From Bilabrum cf. latius (lineage: Eukaryota), in assembly GCA_965178125.1 (NCBI GenBank), contig OZ237761.1, positions 868,001 through 923,300 on the forward strand: a stretch of 55,300 bases of DNA, given 5' to 3'. Position numbers and translations under genes: made by a program. Shown in pieces: positions 49,675-55,300 of this stretch; the stretch's first letter is position 1; each line of letters begins with the position of its first letter. The notes beneath the pieces were generated by a model. The model was not told the origin of the DNA. It searched no databases and worked only from the letters and a program-made list of their open reading frames with translations.

Positions 49675-52600
49675 ATGAATGACCCGGCACCTGGAGCAGG
49701 TGCCAATGGCGAGGCTCCGATCGACCCTGCGGACTGGAACCTCCAGCTGTACGCCGAGGAGACTGGCCAGCTCCTGCAGGCATGGCAGGCCATGCAGGAG
49801 GCAGTGCACAGCTAGCCGACGGACCTTGGTGCCCTTCAGCCAGCGGGCATGCCTGCCATTCTGAACCGGGTGAGCATGAACAGGGCAGCTGGTGCCGATA
49901 CCCCGGGAGCTCAGCCGCCACAGCACGCACTCTTTCTTCCCTACGTGCCTTCGAATGCGCGCAGATTCAAGACCCTGCAAGCCGTGACCTGGCAGAGACT
50001 TGCTTGGAGAAGCATGGTGCTGATGCCATTCCACCCGTAGGGGTCAGCACGGTGCTGACTGAAGCAGAGCACCTTCGCCACCTGGAGCACCTGGAGGTCG
50101 CGCTGCGAGAGGCTGACCGCATCGTGTCGGGAGATGCGGCCGAAGTAGCGGCAAGCCGGGCGCAAGTGGGGCCTGGGCTTCTTGGGCTTCTGTCCGTGTC
50201 TCGGGTAGAAGGTGCCAGTGCGATCGAGCAGACGCTGGTACGGCAGCTGCGACGCTTCGTCCCATCGTACGGCCCCGCACTCGCGGTAGAGGGAGGACCT
50301 GACCCGCTCGAGAGGATTCAGCCACTGGTGGACGACAAGCCCCAGCACGAGAGGCCCCAGGACGGCTACGATGCGTCCGCAGACGCAACAGGAGGGCTGG
50401 AGAGCACCAGGGGCTTCATGCTGGATGCGCACCTGACGGTGTCTGCCCTGGCCATGCTGCCGTGCGGCGGGCCGGGAGGCCGTGACCACTCGCTGCAAGC
50501 CATCCTGGGGCGGCAGCTGGATCGGCTCACCATGCACGAGCCTCGTGAGGCCGTCCGCTTCCAAGTAGCTGACGTCGCCGTTGGAGTGCGAGATGCCGTG
50601 GTGGTACCGGCGGGCGGGGCCGCGGGCGGGGCGGGTGCGGCAATGGGAACCGTTGGGTGCAGGATGGACCGGAAGTATCTGCAGATCCTCAGCCCGAGGG
50701 AGCAAGTGGAGAAGCAGAGGATCCACTGCGATGGGAAAGGCATCGCGAAGCGCTTCAGCGTGGCCACGCTGCTGAACTCCCCCGTGCCAAAGGACGGCCG
50801 AGACGAGGCGGACTTCGAATACGACTTCGAGGACACGCGCCCCGGCCTGGAGGGCGTGTGGGTTGCCCCCAGCGGAGATCAAATGTTCTGGTGCAGCGAC
50901 ATGGATACCTTGGAGAAAGCGGAAGGCGAGGACCATGAGAACTACCTGGCTCGCCTCCGCGGCCTGCTACCCCCCTCATCGAGCGTGCTGCAGGCTATCG
51001 AGGGCGATGAGGACCTTCCCAAGCTGCAGAAGAGGCCCCTGGAGCAGGTTGACATCAGTCTGCCGGTGCTGAGGCTCGGAGATGCCGTCGTGACCGCCAT
51101 GGTGCCGCGCGGTGCCGGTAGTCACGTGATGTTCGGTCGGGACTACTCGCAGCCATCCGTGGGCGCCGGCAAGGAGCTCGACGAGGGGCGGTGGCTGTCC
51201 AGCTGCAGCGACGGCTGGAAGCCAAACGGCATGGAGGCCGACGTCGTTTCGCAGGGGATCCTGTACGCATTCGGTCGCGCTCTGGAGGCCGTCGCGGGAC
51301 TCTTCCTGCTTCGCTTGGCCGTGCACAGCGTGCGCAAGAAGGAGAAGCTTCAGAACGTCTCGCGGGCCCACCATGTGCTGATGTCCCTCAGCCTCGGCGC
51401 CGCGGACCCGCTTTCTGGTGGAAGCAGTGCGGCCCATGCAGTGGCAGTTCGCAGCTTCCTGTCCGAGGAGGAGGAGCACGACGCCCGCGCGGACTTGCAG
51501 GCCGTTCCAATCAGCTCGCCATCGTTCCTGCTCGCTGAGGCGCTCAAGCAGCTGTCGAAGGCCAGCCAATGCCCGCGGTCCGCTTGGAATGAGGACCCGG
51601 TGCTCGGCAAGTGCGCTCCTGACGTTCAGGAGCTGCTCCAAGACATCCTACGGGCGTGTCTCATCAAGGTTCACGGTGCGGGAGGCAAGAACTACGGCTT
51701 CATCGAGGCGCTCCGGTGCGTGAAGGGCCTCAGCCTCGACCAGGAGGCAGGTGTGGCTGCCGAGGACGGAGAAGCGAGGGTGGATGGCCCCCTGGACGCC
51801 GCTGCCAGCAGCAGCTCGCTGCTGCTCGACAGGAAGGCTGGTGCTGGCGAGCCCGCATCGCTGGTCGGATTTGGTACCTTCGTGTCGGTTGACTTGGCAA
51901 CCTTGGCAAGTCCCTCTGTAGCATCGGGGATGGCCGGGTTCCCAAGCACTCGGGGCCTCTGCCGCGAGCTGGGGCACGCTCGAGGCTCCGTGTCGGGACT
52001 TCCGTCCTTTCCGTCGGCGGCACGCTTGGAGGTAGTCCCGAGCGATGCAAAGCAGATCCACCCCCATTTCTTATGGAGTGAGGTGGCCAGCTGCGCGTTC
52101 CGGCTGAGGTTCACGCAGGCGTAGCCAGCCGTGACCTTGCAGCAGCTGCAGCACGACTGGTCGGAGCTTGCAGGCCGTGGCCAGGCTCTCAACGATGTGG
52201 CACTGACCCTGCTTCTGCAGTCGGCACACAAAGTGCAGCTGTACAGCGAGGAGTTCCGTGCAGAGGGCACCAGTGGCAGCCACGTCCCACGAGGGGATCA
52301 GTGCCTGCGCGCTCTGCGCAAGATTCGGGAGCAGCTGCGTAAAGGACAACTTGAGGAGGAGGTTGCACTGCCCTTGATCTGGAGGGAGCTGTGTGCTGCC
52401 GGACAGGTCCAATTCAACGTGATGCATCGAGCCTTCAAGCGCCGCAACTGCGTTAAGGTAGAAGTAAGCGCATGCGGGCCGCAGGTGCTCCGCGCGGTTG
52501 GCGTGGCTCTAGCGGAGGCCAAGCAGCGAGCGGCTGCTGGATTTGCTCGAAGGCCCTGCGGTCTCATGTCTGGTGTGATTCGCCGCGTCCCTGTGGCAGT

Positions 52601-53759
52601 AGCACGTGATCTGTGCGGCATTCTGACTCGTGCGGTGACCCAGGGCTTGGTGTGGGCCTCGAGAGCCTTGGAGGAGAGCATGAAGAGCGCAGAGACCGAC
52701 ATCTTGCTCCGCGACGGCCTTGGCATTGTAGCGGAGTCCGTGATCCGCACGTGCTTGAACATGTCTGTGCAGGCTTCCGCTGGGATGTGGGGCCAGTTCT
52801 ACTCTGCCAAGATCCAGAGGCGAGAAGCATCGCTGGTGACGAGCGCCGACCTTCGCGATGCCGTGCAGAGGCACCTGATGGGGAGATGTGCTACTCTCAT
52901 TCAGCGCCTATCTATTCCGGACACGGACCTGAATGCGGACGCGCAGGTTGCTGTCGCCATCCTGGATGCCCTCGCGGTTATTGTCTCGGATGGAGCCGTG
53001 GAGAGTGTCAGAGCGCTGCACGCCTCCGGGCGCGCTGACCTGCGTGAGATGCTGCTGGACGCGGCGGCTCTGCTCATGCTTGCGGTCGTCAACGTCTGGA
53101 GCGCTGTGGCTGCGTGCGGAGGGGCCATTGCCCGGACCAAGACCAGGGACGGCGGCTCCATGGCAGGGGTGATCTGGGGGAGCCCGCAGGAGCCGCGCAT
53201 GGCTATGCTGTCCTTGCTTCGGCTCGTTGCCCCTGGCACAGTGAGTCGCGCAGACCTGGGGACCGTGCTCTGCTGGTGGCAGAGTCCAGAGCTCATTGGA
53301 GCGATTTTGCGCGCCAGCCCGATCCAAGCTCCCACAAAGGTCATCATGATGACGCCGGCACGGATTGGCGCCGAGGTGGAACGGCTTCTGAGCCTGTCCT
53401 CCTAGCTCAACGAGGTGACGGTACCGCGCGGTGCATCCAACACGCGCCGATCGGTAAGTTTGCTGGCTCGAGCCTCTGCCATGTGGGCTCAGCTGCAGGA
53501 GCAGATGGCTGCAAGCCGCTTTGAAATCGCCACCGCGCTGTCTAGGGCAAGCGCTGCCACCCCGATGGTCGCACTTGCGGACGAAGGCACCCTCCTCAAG
53601 GGAGGTAAGGAGGAGCTGCCAAGAGGGATCCTGCGTGCTCCCAAGATCCGGCTGCTCACAGGGCCTCTGGTGCTTGCCATTCCGGCGAGAGGGAACCCAG
53701 CGGACGGGTACAAGGTGGCGAGGATGCCACCGATGGGCAGGCCTAGCACTTTTTTTTTA

Positions 53760-53760
<1 letters not shown>
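49675..53760 (+). CDS. Large hypothetical protein (>1300 aa); probable intron 49870-49964; TAG at 49813, 52122, 53403; 3' end runs into the telomere with no stop
   Basis: ORF-track pieces 49782, 52131 and 53415 share one frame separated only by TAG; GTGAG...CGCAG intron joins an upstream exon; no family recognised. Confidence 0.6.
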
Positions 53761-53790
<30 letters not shown>

Positions 53791-54221
53791 GGTTAGGGTT
53801 AGGGTTAGGGTTAGGGTTAGGGTTAGGGTTAGGGTTAGGGTTAGGGTTAGGGTTAGGGTTAGGGTTAGGGTTAGGGTTAGGGTTAGGGTTAGGGTTAGGG
53901 TTAGGGTTAGGGTTAGGGTTAGGGTTAGGGTTAGGGTTAGGGTTAGGGTTAGGGTTAGGGTTAGGGTTAGGGTTAGGGTTAGGGTTAGGGTTAGGGTTAG
54001 GGTTAGGGTTAGGGTTAGGGTTAGGGTTAGGGTTAGGGTTAGGGTTAGGGTTAGGGTTAGGGTTAGGGTTAGGGTTAGGGTTAGGGTTAGGGTTAGGGTT
54101 AGGGTTAGGGTTAGGGTTAGGGTTAGGGTTAGGGTTAGGGTTAGGGTTAGGGTTAGGGTTAGGGTTAGGGTTAGGGTTAGGGTTAGGGTTAGGGTTAGGG
54201 TTAGGGTTAGGGTTAGGGTTA
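53757..54221 (+). repeat. Telomeric (TTAGGG)n array 3, ~77 units, preceded by a T9 run
   Basis: TTAGGG repeats with two irregular units at the start. Confidence 0.98.
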
Positions 54222-54403
54222 ACGCGGATGGCAGAAGACAGGGGATCGTCCGGATCCCGCGTGTCGTCTATTTCTGCGATCAAACTGGCAAGAGAGCGAT
54301 GTTCGGCTCTTACGGCTTGGTCGATGACCGCCCAAAATTCAGCTTCCAGAGCCACGCTGGTGCGGTGTCCGTGCAGGGAAACCGATCTTTTCTGGAGCGC
54401 CAT
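54222..54403 (-). CDS. Bacterial ribbon-helix-helix (RHH_4-type) protein, 3'-truncated at the telomere junction
   Basis: KRSVSLHGHRTSVALEAEFW..SLASLIAEID..LSSAIRV, a typical alphaproteobacterial RHH protein. Confidence 0.85.
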
Positions 54404-54408
54404 AAGGG

Positions 54409-54615
54409 TTAGTCGTTGCCGGGCAGAGTGGTGGCCGGTCCGTCAAGCTTATGGCCATCGACCTGTTTTTCAAGCATGTCCCTGCGCCGGCGGTCTGCCT
54501 CGCGTTCGGCTTTGGTCCGGCCAAACTTCTGGCGGTTGCTTTCGGCGGTTTTTTCCTTGGTTTGCCGCTGCTTCTGCTTGCGCGCCTGGCGCAGATTGAC
54601 AATCTCGCCGCTCAT
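54409..54615 (-). CDS. Bacterial DUF4169 family protein
   Basis: MSGEIVNLRQARKQKQR..NRQKFGRTKAER; AGGA Shine-Dalgarno-like site upstream; ends TAA. Confidence 0.85.
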   Translation of the reverse strand: MSGEIVNLRQARKQKQRQTKEKTAESNRQKFGRTKAEREADRRRRDMLEKQVDGHKLDGPATTLPGND

Positions 54616-54631
54616 GGCCTTTTCCTGAAGG

Positions 54632-55207
54632 TCAGGTTTTTTTCCGGAATGCATCCAGCGAGACTACCTCACCGCCGCCGTCACTGTCTTCCGTGTCTTG
54701 ATCCGGTTTTTTGGCTTTTTTCTCAGCTTCGACTGCAGGAACATCATCCTGCTTGTTGTCCGCTGTCATCAGCTTCTCGGTGGTTTCCTGTTCCGCCTTC
54801 GCAAGCTCTTCGACCGCTTCCAGCAGATCTTCCGGTAGTTCCTCGGCTGTCTTGCCAGGATCGAATTCTAGCGCGAATTGAACGGAAGGATCAAAGAAGC
54901 CCTTGATTGCTGAGAAAGGCACCAGCAGCTTTTCCGGGACGCCGCCAAAGGACAGGCCAACTTCAAAGGCATGTTCGCCGATCGCCAGATCCCAGAACTG
55001 GTGCTGCAGGACGATGGTCATTTCCTGCGGGTAGCGCTCTTTCAAACGCTGGGAGATTTTCACACCCGGTGCGGTCGTTTCAAACGCGATGTAGAAGTGG
55101 TGGTCGCCCGGCAGGCCGGTGCGTCCAACCTCCGCAAGGATTTTCTTCACAGCACCACGCAGGGCATCCTGGATCAGGATATCGTATCGCAACAGGTCTT
55201 CAGACAT
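54632..55207 (-). CDS. sspB: Alphaproteobacterial SspB-family ClpXP adaptor
   Basis: LRYDILIQDALRG..GLPGDHHFYIAF..YPQEMTIVLQHQFWDL..FFDPSVQFALEF..VVSLDAFRKK; operon-like spacing with DUF4169 and RHH. Confidence 0.9.
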   Translation of the reverse strand: MSEDLLRYDILIQDALRGAVKKILAEVGRTGLPGDHHFYIAFETTAPGVKISQRLKERYPQEMTIVLQHQFWDLAIGEHAFEVGLSFGGVPEKLLVPFSAIKGFFDPSVQFALEFDPGKTAEELPEDLLEAVEELAKAEQETTEKLMTADNKQDDVPAVEAEKKAKKPDQDTEDSDGGGEVVSLDAFRKKT

Positions 55208-55300
55208 CGTGTTCAGTCGAATCTCGCTTTGAATTTAATCTCAGAAAAGCACATTGACGGGCAAGGTTCAAAAAGGAAAGGCCCTTTTCCAAGGATAGCG

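Noticed and set aside
45093-53757. Ciliate-like nanochromosome
   Set aside because: Both flanking arrays are TTAGGG on the same strand; a linear minichromosome would begin with CCCTAA
53750-53758. Poly(A) tail of a telomeric non-LTR retrotransposon
   Set aside because: Orientation does not fit a 3' tail of the adjacent sequence and no RT motifs were seen
53762-54403. RHH protein with a long (NP)n tail
   Set aside because: The tail is the telomere array read across a probable chimeric junction

Overview
Mostly the right-hand end of a chromosome from a GC-rich, gene-dense, intron-poor unicellular eukaryote with TTAGGG telomeres. A stramenopile/bicosoecid-like host is only my inference. The main signal is a non-standard nuclear code: TAG is a sense codon, most likely Gln, while TGA and apparently TAA remain stops. 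With TAG read through, the fragmented ORF track collapses into ten intact housekeeping genes at 1-27 kb: FRA10AC1, CPSF30-YTH, SAM-kinesin-13, SLC19 carrier, OST48, beta-mannosidase, MpaB-like oxygenase, malonyl-CoA decarboxylase with a C-terminal extension ending in PTS1, SCOT and UTP13. Next come a complete pogo/Fot-like DD35D transposon that also uses TAG as sense, and a ~4.8-kb x3 subtelomeric array. The array encodes a P-loop NTPase + PD-(D/E)XK nuclease protein of Crinkler/RHS-like architecture (one intact copy, two with a decayed nuclease half) interleaved with captured UTP13 fragments. Three TTAGGG arrays follow, enclosing a ~315-bp satellite and two unknown ORFs. The last ~1.1 kb is alphaproteobacterial (sspB, DUF4169, RHH) and is fused directly to a telomere array, most likely an assembly chimera. 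All homology calls come from remembered family motifs, not database searches.
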